A stretch of 64,000 nucleotides of DNA from Diadema antillarum (taxonomy: Eukaryota), in assembly GCF_040938485.1 (NCBI RefSeq), contig NW_027271210.1, forward strand, positions 992,001-1,056,000. Direction: 5' to 3'. The position numbers and the translations under genes were made by a program. The notes beneath the pieces are model-generated. The model worked only from the letters and a program-made list of their open reading frames with translations. It did no database searches and was not told the DNA's origin. This document shows positions 1 to 12,693 of this stretch, in pieces; positions within the stretch are counted from its first letter, which is position 1, and each line of letters starts with the position of its first letter.

Positions 1-712
1 TCAAAATTTTCTAAAAACATTTCGGTTTTATGATTTGGTGGCCTGTATATAACACCAATTATCTTATTTTTCATTTTATCATTAATGATTTCCACAAACA
101 GGCTTTCACAACCTTCAATATCAATATCAGTTCTTATTTTTACTCGCAATTCGTTATATATATATAGGGCTACCCCTCCCCCTCTACCTCTCTTACGATC
201 AGAGCGAAATATTTTATATCTATCAAGGCTAAACAAATTTGGAGACGTGTGCCCTAGCCAAGTTTCAGTTATACCGATTGCGGAAAAGGGAAAATTTTGT
301 AAAGAAAGAAGAAGTAGTTCAAATGAATCAAAATTTTTGTTTAAGCTTCTAGCATTCCAGTGGAATAAGCTAAAATCTTTAATGGGGTTATAATTAGTGT
401 CATCATTCTTATTTGTGGAATTACTACGGGAGTTATTAACATGACTTGCAGTGGAATCAAGTGAAGATTTGAACATATTATTGAAATCCGAAATAGTGTA
501 GTATTTACTGTGATTACTTATGATACCCTGGTCAGGATGATCGTTGTTATGAGTCACGAGGATTTGAGTGCAAAGTTGAGAATGGTTGTTCTGGGGCCAT
601 GTATTTTGTGTAGTACGTTGCAATGTCTGTGCGTGAATGTAAATGTGAGTGTGTGCATGTGTGGGGGTGTGCAGTGCATGTGCGTTGATAATAACAATAA
701 TGATACTGATAC

Positions 713-1638
713 ATTTTTACGTTATACAATAGAACAAATGTTACATCATATAGTCTCGCTAAATTTATGTCTACAAAAGTAAATGGAATCCTCCTACACT
801 TAACGTTGGTGAGGTAAATTCGTATGCGTAATATGAAATAACAATGATTATAAAAGAAGACAAGGCGCTTCTATGGTAATAACAGAAATATAATAACTCC
901 AATAATAGCATACGAACGAGGTGTTCTAACAGTTAAGGTAAAAAAAAAATAGATTGGTTGTTTTACAGAGTCATGCTGACAAGCCCCTTCGAACGTCTAT
1001 GCATTTACGTAGAGATAGTTTGTGAAGGTGAGACATGAAAGAGGAATGTACATCTGGAGAAAAATTCTTGTGTCAAACTACAATGAAAGGGTTCACAAGT
1101 TTACAAGAGTGCAAACGGAACATTCTTGAGTGATTTATAACTGTGCACGGACACAGTCTTGACAAAAATAAAAAATTTTTATGTTATACAATAGAATAAA
1201 TTGTACATCATATAGTCTCGCTAAATTTATGTCTACAAAAGTAAATGGAATCCTCCTACACTTAACGTTGGTGAGGTAAATTCGTATGCGTAATATGAAA
1301 TAACAATGATTATAAAAGAAGACAAGGCGCTTATATGGTAATAACAGAAATATAATTACTCCAATAATACCATACGAACGAGGTGTTCTAACAGTTAAGG
1401 TAAAAAAATTGATTGGTTGTTTAACAGAGTCATGCTGACAAGCCCCTTCGAACGTCTATGCATTTACGTAGAGATAGTTTGTGAAGGTGAGACATGAAGG
1501 AGGAATGTACATCTGGAGGAAAATTCTTGTGTCAAACTACAATGAAAGGGTTCACAAGTTTACAAGAGTGCAAACGGGACATTCTTGAGTGATTTATAAC
1601 TGTGCACGGACACTGTCTTGACAAAAATAAAAAAAATT
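713..1638. repeat. Direct tandem duplication, two ~462-bp units (713-1174, 1175-1638)
   Basis: GTTATACAATAGAA...GTCTTGACAAAAATAAAAAA occurs twice with only scattered substitutions; no coding signal. Confidence 0.9.
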
Positions 1639-1866
1639 CATTCTGTATACATTATCTACTGGTAGCTTAGGAAAATCCAGACCAATTGAATTTGTCCCGA
1701 TCGTCAAAAACATCAGCCGTTTGTTTATCTTATACAAAATTTTTAGAATCTGATTTAAATGTAAGCTGGTATGTTGTTTGATTCGTCAGAAGCGGAAATA
1801 AATGATACTCTGCTGATCAATAGTGCTCTATGGGGAAGAAGTTCAGTTTAAACAAAAACAAAAAAC

Positions 1867-1897
<31 letters not shown>

Positions 1898-3283
1898 AAA
1901 CAAACCAAGATGCGGCCAACTGATGTCATTGTCAATATCAAGGTTGAAAGGTAAGTGCAGTTTAGGTATAATCAGATATGCACGTAAATAGAAAGTCTTT
2001 CCGGTAATGCAGCGGCGCCGGCAGGGCCCGGCATTCGGACGAAAGGGTCATAACAAGATAAAAAAAAAGAATATCTCAGTTGCTATTACTGAGTCATGCT
2101 GCTTAACCCCTGCTAACGACTGTGCACTAGCGGAGAGAAACTTTGTGCAAAGTTCATGCATTCTAAGTAGTAATATGACAATAATAAAATTATATTTCAT
2201 TAAATCCAAATTTAATGATGTGGTGGGTGTAAACCCACGAAGACCTCTTTAAGAAAGAGAAAAGAAATGTGTTAATTTTGGTTTAGCCCCTTTGACTTTG
2301 ATTTGTTTTACGGGGGGGGGGGGAACAAAGCAACGATAAAAGAAAGCTCTTCCACATAATAAAGACATTCGTCGTGGATTTGTGCTCAAACATGCGACAA
2401 ATGATATAAAACGTTGTTCGTTGTACATGATTTTCTGCGTATTTCGTTGGTATACTGTACTCCCTTTGGCTATGTCATTTTAATGGCATTCCAAGATATA
2501 AGTGTATAATGTATCTATATAAATATACACAATAAGATTTGTATTATATTGGTACATTGCTGGAGAACACAGTAAGATTTGTTTGTGTTTATATATTGCA
2601 GATGTATCAACATGATTACAACGTCATACTGTGTTGGGGAGGTCAATAAATTAATGTATACGGCAATTTTGAGTGTATACCTCGCTTTTTAACAGTATTG
2701 AGTACAGGCATAATCTACAAGAGTTACAGGGAGTTCTGCCACAATAACAAAAAAAAAGCAGTATGCACGTTTTGACAAAATGGGTTCTATGTATTGGGCA
2801 GGACAATAGCATCCTTTACAATAATATCATTGTCTATTAAGGTAAAGTTTATCACATCAATTGACCAGATCATGCAGTACGATCTAATTTAAAGTCATTA
2901 CAGCATTTTGGTAACTATACACAATGATCTATACATATGTTGAGCTTTTTTATCGTAGTGAAATTGTACGGTGTGTTAGTTGTCTTATATAAATGCACAT
3001 TTAAATAATAATTACGATTGTTTTCAGTCTTCGGTCTTATATCACGAAAATACATCGTACTATAGGCATATATGAATGTCACAAGTGAATGTATCAATTG
3101 CAGTTTGAAACTGATGCATTATTGGGTTTCAATAAAGAGTTTACTACAAGTACTATCAATCTGTATATATCAAATAAATCAATCTGTATATGTATTATGT
3201 CAAACAGTAAATAATGTCATAAATTTCCACTGACCATGTTCACTCGATGATCAGGGATTGAATGAGGGAACATGTGTAACTAC

Positions 3284-4294
3284 TCACTTGAAGTTGAAGG
3301 GAATGCCTCCATGTTGGCGCCATTTCCCGGCATAAAAACTCAGTTAGGTCCCTTTTTTGTACATTTCTTGGACTTGATCCCTCCATTTTCGTTTTTCCTC
3401 CAGGTCACTCTGGGTGAGGTCGTCGACGACGAAGCATCGCTCATCCTTTAAGGCCTCCCGGGCACGACGCATCACATCTACCTTTTCTCGGTATGAGAGA
3501 AATCTAACTAGGATGTGCCTTGGACGGCCTTCAACCTTACGACCATCACGATGGGCTCGTTCCAGTTTCGTTTCCATCTCGAACTTGGATCGAAGTAAGC
3601 CTTCAACAGCTTCAACGCAATCTTCCCTCTGGTCCTGTGGTGGTTCCGGGACTCCAACGATGCGAACGTTGTTCCGCCTGGAGATTCTTTCGCTTTTGTT
3701 CGCCGCAATTTTATTTTTCATTACCTCAGAACGGAGCTCGGCGACTTCCTTTTCCATCATTTTCATTTTGCTTTCCATCAACTTTTGATTTTCCTCAATA
3801 GCGTCGACACGCTTCCTTTCGAATTGTATGGAGGCATCAACACTGGATTCCAATGTGGTCAGCTTCTCAAGACATTGGTCCACTGCTTTCTGGATCATAG
3901 AGTGGAAACGATCTGTTGCCTGCTTGAAGTATATATCCAAGTATCCTGGTGTAAGGATATGGGTAGGTGTTGAGGCCATGGCATTGCCTTCCTTCTCGTG
4001 GGGAACAGCGTGTTGCGTGTTCTCTTCATCTACCGATGTGGATCCGGCGGCCATATTTGTGACGTCATCAAGTACTAGTTCCACTGATTCCGCATCGCTG
4101 GTTGTTGCCTGACCGTCTAATGACTCTCGCTGCACGGCGGCCGGAGTCAGTGGCGTGGGGCTGGCAACCTTCGCGTTGGGATTTGGCGGGCTTTTTGAAT
4201 GTACCTGGGTAGTGATTTTTCTCGATGCAGGACCATAGTTTTTCGGCTTTGTAGCGGCCACCCGCTGTGGGCGAGCAGACTTCAGTGGTTCCAT
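3284..4294 (-). pseudogene. LINE ORF1 (L1/Tx1-type: coiled coil + RRM + CTD) with a premature stop near the C-terminus; no ORF2 seen
   Basis: ORF 3344-4294 has RRNNVRIVGVPE, LERAHRDG, RPRHILVRFLSY, FVVDDLT. Reading through TAA at 3344-3346 continues LSFYAGKWRQHGGIPFNFK to TGA at 3284. Confidence 0.8.
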
Positions 4295-5063
4295 CTTGCA
4301 CAGTAGTTATTAATCCGTCGTTTGGTGAAGTTGTGTGATTCACATAAAACAGGAGGATATCCAAAATAAGTGAAATTTAGTCAGTTTTGCGAGACTTACG
4401 AGAGGTAGTGTGCAACTCAGTCCATATAAAGGGAAAGAAGGGAACAGAAACTTATTTATGCTGTTTCATTCATGTCTCTCATTGCGTTAAATTGGTCTTT
4501 TGTTATCATTTGCTATCTTGGAGGGCATTTGCAAATGAATTTCAGTATGGCCAATTCTGCAATTTTTACTTTTCTGCCTTGGAGGACAAAAACGAATGTG
4601 TTCACTCCTGCGTAAAATTTCCCTTTGTATAAACCTACCAGGTTGATAGCCAATTAAATAATCTTTGATATGGTATATTATGACAAATTGATTTTTATCA
4701 AAATCTTCTATGAAAAATATTAACTGGAAAAAAATGTTTACTTTCTTTTTTCTTTTTTTTTGCTGAGTGTACATATATGAGAGAACATCAGGCTCACACC
4801 TGTAAATATAATGAAATATCCCTGACCGGTTCACAACATCGTACCAAAGATATTGTTATAAATGAAGAAAAAAAGTATAACTTAAAATTAGAAATACATT
4901 TCGGCAAACAATCTGAATAGCTGCTGATACAGAGTATGAATTCCTCTACAAACTGTATTTTGGTTGGAAGTTTTCACATTTTGATCTTATTTTTAAACAA
5001 GCAATTGTCGTATTTATTTTCTACAAAGTCGTCAGATTTTTCGTCATGCCCACTTGGAAATCC

Positions 5064-5095
<32 letters not shown>

Positions 5096-6103
5096 GCAAC
5101 AACAACAACAACAACAACAACGACGACAACAACAAACAGAAAACTTTTCTACTTTTGGAATGTTCTTTTCTCTTTTTTCATGTTTCTATAATAGTCTGCC
5201 GCGATGTGTGGAAGGTGAACTAGCGGTACTCAGGAGAGCGCAAAACCCATGGTTTTCTGGGGGGTTTTGTTGTTGTTGTTGTAAGTTTACATTAAGTTTG
5301 TACATGTATGACTGATGTGTTTTACTAAGTATTATAAGTAATCAACAAGCTAAGGAAAGCAATATTCCGATGTATAGATTTAATATGTCGTAACGGCATA
5401 GCTGCCACTTTGCTTCCTGTTTGTCAAAGAACTCCATTATACGATGTTACAAATTTATATTCATTTTATGACATACACATTACCTTCACTCATTTATTAT
5501 GTCTTTCCTTTATTTCAAACACAACAACTCTTTGTGAGCTGCTGTATATGATTATTTACTTCAAACTATTCAACTTACTCAGCTTAATGATGCAATTTTT
5601 ATGTTAGTGGAAAATCAAAGAAATCTTCGTTAATATATGTGCTGTAGAATACTTTTGAAATCATCTCAGAAACGCATGTAAGAAAAAAAAAGTATCGCGC
5701 CAGAGTGCATAGATATTGCTGTAATCTTAATAACCTCCGTTGAAAAGAAAAAAAAAAGAGACAGGACTACTTTTTCGGCAATGTTAATATAGGCAAATTA
5801 AGTTTAATGATACAGTTCTGTTGTTGTGTAGAATCTCCAAATGAGTACATCGAAGCCTTTTTTTTTTACTCCCAAACAATTAGTTTTTCAAGATGTATGT
5901 ACATATAATCATAATGCATGTGTTTACTGCATTAGTAGTATACAACACTGAAGTCACATTTCTAGATAGGAGAATTATTGTACCATGCATGCCTGCTGCT
6001 GTTAAGCATAATACGTGAGTACTTTTCCAATGCTGAGATGTTAAAATTTCTGCATGTAATACATGTTTGTATATATTATCAGAAAGTCCATTCCGTACCA
6101 CAA

Positions 6104-6139
<36 letters not shown>

Positions 6140-6142
<3 letters not shown>

Positions 6143-7241
6143 AGCGAAATCGATCAATTCCGCTGTATGGCCTGTATATAAGCTGTGTATTGATTTTTCA
6201 CTATCGATTATATGAAGGTGTAATCGATCATTGTTGGTAGTAACGTTGGTATAGGCAAGGTCCAAAAATCACGGTTTTGGCCACATTTATGATTATTACA
6301 TAAGATAAGGGCATTAGGGGGGTAAGATGATTGAAGATTCAGAGAGAGGTAATGGATACCAGTAATTTGAGACCAAATTTGTGGGGTTTTGGTTAGAATC
6401 ATTCGCCAAGATTGGTGTTCTAGTGGTGGAAATATTGATTAACTACGCTAACAATTATTTAGTAAAAATACAATTGGGTAATTCAGATTCTGTTTCGATG
6501 TCGAGTTGGGACGGATAAGGTAGGCACGTCTAGTACGTGTTGAGTTGGATCGAGCTGTCAAAGCTCGAGATAGCTGTGTACAAACAGTCTAGTGAAGGCG
6601 ATGATCAGGGTAGTCTACTCCTGATTGCTAGCCAAGTCTAGATATGTGAATGAAACGTACATAGCTAGCTGTCGAGTTGAGACGAGTAAGGCCGGGACGG
6701 GACTTGGAAATTGCGGGACCGGGTCTGCATTCTGAACTGTGTACAATTACTGCGGAAACGAGTTGGACTGTGTTTGTACAGAAGTATTCCCGAATTAAAG
6801 ACTACCTGTTGAACGTTATACCAAGAAGTGACTGGAAGAGTAATCTTTCCTACCAAAGATTCCTGAGCGAGTGCAGGTGAGTCGAGTGGACCTTGATGGT
6901 GACTGGTGGTAAAGAGATTGGTAGATGTAACATAATAGATAAAGTGCGAAGCTGGTATGTTGGACTGTTGATGAAGGACTGGTAGATAACTGGTAGAAAT
7001 AAATTGGTAGCAAGAATTAACTGGTATCTTGGGCCGTATATTGCGGCCAAACGAACTTACGCCTAGCTCGGCCATCCTGATCGAAGTTCGTCGTAGGGCC
7101 CCATTTTCGATACCAATCAATCTATCATCACACATCTATCACCAAACACAAGTTATTCGCTACACCAGAGGGATCTACCCCTTTCTACGATGCGGTGTCA
7201 GGACTGAGGGATATGCCCATATGCGACCGGATTTCGCCACA
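6140..7241 (+). repeat. 5' LTR (1102 bp)
   Basis: Begins TGTAGCGAAATC and ends GATTTCGCCACA (11/12 terminal inverted repeat). Manual alignment to 14881-15982 shows 3 transitions (6626, 6637, 6942). AATAAA at 6998-7003. Confidence 0.97.
6874..6882 (+). promoter_or_regulatory. Consensus 5' splice donor CAG|GTGAGT within the LTR
   Basis: Perfect match to the U1 consensus; intron would start at 6877 (copy at 15618 in the 3' LTR). Use is not demonstrated. Confidence 0.5.
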
Positions 7242-7243
7242 CG

Positions 7244-7261
7244 TGGTGTCAGGAGTGGGAT
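7244..7261 (+). promoter_or_regulatory. Primer binding site, tRNA-Leu (CAG-type)
   Basis: TGGTGTCAGGAGTGGGAT starts after a 2-nt spacer downstream of the LTR and is complementary to the eukaryotic tRNA-Leu 3' end ATCCCACTCCTGACACCA. Confidence 0.9.
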
Positions 7262-7302
7262 TTAAAAGAACCAGCGCTACCAGTGGGAGTTAGGAATCAG
7301 CC

Positions 7303-10300
7303 ATGGCAAAGCAGCTGTCACCGGCGCAGCTATGGAGGAAGCTGCAATCGGAGATGGTAGAAGTGGAGCGGATGATGGACGAACTTCGAGCTGAGATGGG
7401 GATGAGGCGGCCACCACCACCAGTATCAGGAAGTACTGGTAGAGTGAAGCCAGCAGACGGGACCAGCGGCAGGGGTGGTATTTTACAACCACAATATGAC
7501 GTTCCGGGTGCTAAAACCAGCACCAACAGCAGTGGGAGGACGACTGGTGCTACAGCAGGGAGCTGGGCCGACAGTAGCAGGGCAGATGTAACGTTGGAAG
7601 ACGATTACTACCCACCTCCAGCTGACAAAAGGGCGGAGATGAGGCAATGGCAGACTGCATCAAATTCAACCAGAGAGACAACGACAACCAACCCGGTACA
7701 AGAGAGAGAAGTCCCGATAAGAATCAGCACCCCATGGCGCCGCTCTGAATTGTGGGACGAAGGGCAATTCAAGCATCACGAGAGGGGACGTGATGTAATA
7801 ATAAAGATGACACCAGACCGGTACGACGGCAAGGGGCCTATTCTAGATTACCTAACCCACTTCGAGGCATGTGCTGGGGTAAACAGGTGGTCAGAAGAGG
7901 AGGCTCTGCAGTACCTGGCGGCCAGCATGAGAGGTCCTGCAGTTAAGGTACTGGTGCAGCAAACGGGGAGGAAATTAACCTACCAAGAGCTGGTGGGGCG
8001 ACTTAAACACCGATTTGGTCCGGCAGGGAAAGCAGAGATGTTTCTGGCGGAATTACGAACGAGGCGACGAAGACCCAAAGAGTCACTTCAAGAGCTGGGT
8101 CAGAGCATTCGGGAGCTGACGGCTCTAGCCTACCAAGAGTTTGATGAGGCGGGGCAGGACCGCTTAGCTAGGGGACACTTCATGGACGCTGTCGTGAGGC
8201 CGGAAATAAGAGAGGGGATGTTCCGTGCGCAGCCTCGCACGCTAGATGAGGCGATAGAGGCTGCACTAAGCACGGAGGCATTCTTAAAGATGGAGGCGGA
8301 AAGGTGTGACGGAAGGGGACCACGCTACAGCAGGGTGTTAACAAACACCGGTGGGAAACAGAAGGAGGGGACCACCAAGGAGGCTGAGGGTGTAGTCAGC
8401 AAAATGACAAAGGCCGTAGAAAGTCTAATTGCACGGTCTGAGTCTGCCAACCAGAAAGCAGCCAACACGGGAAAGATACCTGCTCTTCCAACAGGAATCT
8501 ACCAGAATGAGAGGTGCTTCAATTGTGGCCAAATGGGGCACTGGAGGAAGGATTGCCCCTTTCCACAAAGACGGCCAGTCTCCAATGCACCCGTCATGGA
8601 TGCAAGAAGATGCTACAACTGTAACCAGGTGGGCCATGGGTGGAGATATTGTCCGTATGGGCAAACGGAGAGACCACCACCAGTGAGCAGCAACCAAGGG
8701 GGAGAACCAGTATCTGCGCAGGGTAATACTGGTCCAGCTCTCCAACCACAACCTGCTGGAAGGGAGCAGGCACGACCATTGGGTACCGCAGATGGTAGAC
8801 GACTGGGCCTCTTCATCAATTCCAAAATCAACGGGCAGCCAATTACCTTCTTGATCGACACAGGCTCCTCCCAGTCAATCGTGTCTACCACCATTTATGA
8901 CACGATTGCAGAGGCACGGAAGCCGTCGCTGCAGAGTGTGGACAGCATAGTACATCAGGCGGACGGTACTCCACTGGGGACCAGGGGTAAAACCATGGCC
9001 GAGATCCAGCTTGGAGAGCTACTGTTCGTGCTGGAAGTAGTGGTAGCTAATGTCAACAGTGAAGGAATTTTGGGGTTGGACTTCCTGATGCAGACGAATT
9101 CAGTGTTGGACTGTCAGAAGATGGAGCTCCGGACGCCATGGGCCATCATTCCATGCCGAGACTACCAGGGCCAACCATTCTGTCATAGAATAGTTGCCAG
9201 TGAAACCACGGCTGTTCCAGCGGGTCATGAGGCCATAATAAAGGGAGAGGTAGCAGACAGACGGCGACAGGCGACTGGGGTTGGTCTGCTAGAAGCACCG
9301 ACAACTTCCACCGAGCTACTACATAAGGGACTACTGGTAGCACGAGCAGTAATCGAAGCAGACGCTGAGATACTACCAGTACGAGTCTTCAACCCAACGA
9401 AGGAAGAGAGAGTAGTAAAGAAAGGGACGACAGTTGCCTGCTTGACTGGAGTACGTGATACTGAAGATGTGGAGGCGATTCGAGACGGTGGGGTACAAGC
9501 TAGTGATGGGGTGCCATCACATTTGACGGAGCTGCTACATCGTAGTATCCAAGAGGTTCCGCAGCAATACCACTCATTGGTGGCCGAATTGCTGTGCGAA
9601 TTTACTGATGTCTTCTCCAAAGGACCAACGGATCTGGGCAGAACTGATTTGGTGCAACACACGATTTCTACCGGTGACGCTAGGCCAGTGAGACAAACAC
9701 AAAGGCGGCACCCAATGGAGCAACGACAGGAAATTGATAAGCAGATAAACGAGTTCCTCTCCCAGGGTTTGATCGAACGGGTCAGTAGCCCTTGGGCATC
9801 CAATGTGGTTCTCGTACGGAAGAAGGATGGTAGTAAGCGCTTTTGTGTGGACTACAGGCAGCTGAACGCTGTCACACTGAAGGACGCATACCCTCTACCA
9901 AGAATCGATGAAACATTAGATGCACTGAGTGGGGCTCAGTGGTTCTCTACACTCGACTTAGCAAGCGGGTATTGGCAGGTGGAGCTGGACGAACAAGCAA
10001 AGAAGAAGTCAGCATTCATTGCCAATGGTGGTCTGTATGCATGGCGGGTCATGCCCTTTGGCCTATGCAATGCACCGGCCACGTTCGAGAGGCTAATGGA
10101 TCGAGTGATGGCGGGCCTGACGTGGGAGACGCTACTGGTGTATTTGGACGTTGTCATCGTTTTTGGTAAGACGGTGGAGGAGGAGCTTGGTCGACTGAAA
10201 ACTGTGTTCCAGCGATTGCGTGGGGCTGGTCTGAAACTGAAACCTGCTAAGTGCCAACTGTTCCACACTACTGTGGAATACCTGGGGCACATCGTCTCAT

Positions 10301-12578
10301 CTACTGGGGTAACCACGGAGCCAGAGAAGGTCGCGGCCATCCAAAATTGGCCGAAACCAAACAGCGTCAAAGAGGTGCGGAGCTTCATAGGACTGGTCTC
10401 CTACTACCGGAAGTTTGTGGAAGGATTTGCTTCGATCGCTAAACCACTCCACCAACTCACCAGAAAGAACCAGAGGTTTCTCTGGACAGAGGAATGCCAG
10501 GAGGCTTTCGACAAATTGAAGCAACGACTGGTGTCACCTCCAATTCTGGCGTATCCCTGCCCAGAAGGGGACTACATTTTGGACACAGATGCCAGCCAGC
10601 ATGGAATCGGAGCCGTGCTGTCGCAAGTACAGGGAGGAACTGAGAGAGTTATTGCGTACGGAAGCCGCACGCTACGTAAGGAAGAAGTCAACTACTGTGT
10701 CACCAGGAAGGAATTACTGGCAGTGGTAGCCTTCCTCAACCAGTTCCGACAGTATCTCTATGGAAGGCATGTGATCATCCGCACTGACCATGGATCATTG
10801 CAGTGGTTGGTTTGATTCAAGGACCCCAGAGGGCAGCTGGCACGATGGTTGGAGCTGGTATCGGAGTACGATTTCGAGATACAGCACCGGCAGGGGAGGA
10901 GCCATGGAAATGCTGATGGTCTATCTCGGAGACCATGTAGGCAGTGTGGCCGGGACCAAGAAACCCCACCCGGGCAAGTCAGAGCACTGACAGAGGAGGC
11001 GTTGGGAGCCCCGAGTATTCGGAGTCTTCAGGAGAAGGATGAGGACATACAAGTGGTGAGAGCTGCGAAGATTCGAGGGGTGAAGCCAGCCAATGAAGTG
11101 GTGTCATCTTGGCCGGAAAAAGCAACTCGATTGTTGGAGCACTGGGACGCATTGGAGGTGGTAGATGGCGTGCTGGTCCGCAGATGGGAGTCAGCGGATG
11201 GTACCAACACCCGGAGACAGACCATCCTACCAAGGGAGCTCATAAAGAATGCGATACATGAGGTCCATTCTGCTCTTACTGGGGGACATTTGGTATCCAG
11301 AAGACACTGGGACGATTGAAGTTGCGGTACTACTGGGTCGGCATGGCAGCTGATGTTCGTTCGACCCTCAGACAGTGTGACGTGTGTGCCAGAAGGAAGT
11401 GTCCTGGTAAAGCTGCTCGAGCACCACTACAACAAAGGATTAGTGGGTTCCCGTTGGAGAGAGTGGCATTGGACATCATGGGCCCTTTCCCCCGGACCAA
11501 GCATGGGAACAAGTACATCCTGGTGATTGGCGACCACTTCACAAAATGGATGGAGGCCTACCCAATACCAGATGAAAGGGCGGAGACCGTGGCAGAGAGA
11601 CTGGTGGTGGAGTACATCTGTCGATTTGGGGTACCAAGATTCGTACATTCGGATCAAGGCCGAAATTTCATCTCTGAAGTCTTCAGTGAAGTCTGCAAGC
11701 TGATGGGGGTGAAAAAGACCAGGACCACAGCCTACAACCCAAAGTCAGACGGGTTCGTAGAAAGGTACAACCGCACCCTAATAGACACAGTTGCTGCACT
11801 ACTGGACGTGGAGAGGCAGGAAAAGGATTGGGATCAACTTCTCCCTTTCGCCACCTGTGCCTACCGCAGCTGTGCTCAGGACTCGACTGGGGAAACTCCC
11901 AACATGCTAATGTTGGGGCGAGAGGTGGTATTGCCCGGTGACATCGTCACACCAGATGATGTTGACAGCCAGCAGGACCTCCAGACCGATTATGCGGAGG
12001 AGCTACGGGCTCGAATGCAGAGGGCCCACAACCGAGCCAGGGTGAAACAGATGTCGGCCTGTAGAAAGCAGAAACGATTCTACGACCAGAAGGCCCATGG
12101 ATCTGCCTTCAACCAGGGCCAGTATGCGTGGCTACGGCGGAAGATGAGGGTGAAAGGACAGAGTCCAAAACTTCAGACCAAATGGCTGGGACCGTACCTG
12201 ATAGTCACCAAAATATCGGATGTGACTGTTCGACTCCAGTTGACACCTCGCTCCAAGCCATTGGTTGTCCACGTAGATCGGTTGAAGCTGTACACAGGGG
12301 TACCGAGACCAGTTTGGGAGTTCGAACCAAACACGGCGGTGGTACAAGCTAGAGACCAGCAGCAAGCCACTGCTGCCGACGTGGAGCTGGACGAGTCAGG
12401 GCTGGAAGAAGCTGGTGCTACTCACCCCTCTAGCTATGAAGAGAGAGAAGTGGATTCTCAACCGCCAGTTAGGAACCGGAAGTCTCCGACTGTGCCAACG
12501 GCATGCGACGATGATGACTGGAATGGAGGAAGGCGTTATCCGAAGAGGGATAGGCGTCGGCCGCAGTATTATAATTAG
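7303..12578 (+). pseudogene. gag-pol: Gypsy gag-pol polyprotein, disrupted (segments 7303-10815, 10816-11292 in the same frame, then frame of 11316-12578)
   Basis: Gag CA (PDRYDG...HFEACA), two CCHC knuckles (8515-8556, 8611-8652), protease LIDTGS (D at 8857), RT (LPRID, PFGLCNAPATF, YLDV at 10141-10152), RNase H (ILDTDAS), integrase HHCC + D11472/D11652/E11760 + GPY. In-frame TGA at 10813-10815. A 1-nt deletion at ~11292; restoring it gives GGHLGIQKTLGRLKLRYYW. Confidence 0.95.
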
Positions 12579-12693
12579 GCACTAAGTAACGAATCTAAAT
12601 AATCGAGTGATACTCGAATGTATTCGATGAGCTAAATAATAAGGATTAAAGACTGTGGTATTATTAATGTGCAGGTGCAGTGCAGGCAACGAC

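Noticed and set aside
6665-6876. LTR reading frame that would splice in frame onto ORF3
   Set aside because: The frame match is real, but there is no ATG in that frame after the TAG at 6662; a 1-in-3 coincidence is sufficient.
6665-7135. 156-aa antisense ORF and other small ORFs repeated in both LTRs (also 15406-15876)
   Set aside because: No recognisable domain; recurrence only reflects LTR identity.
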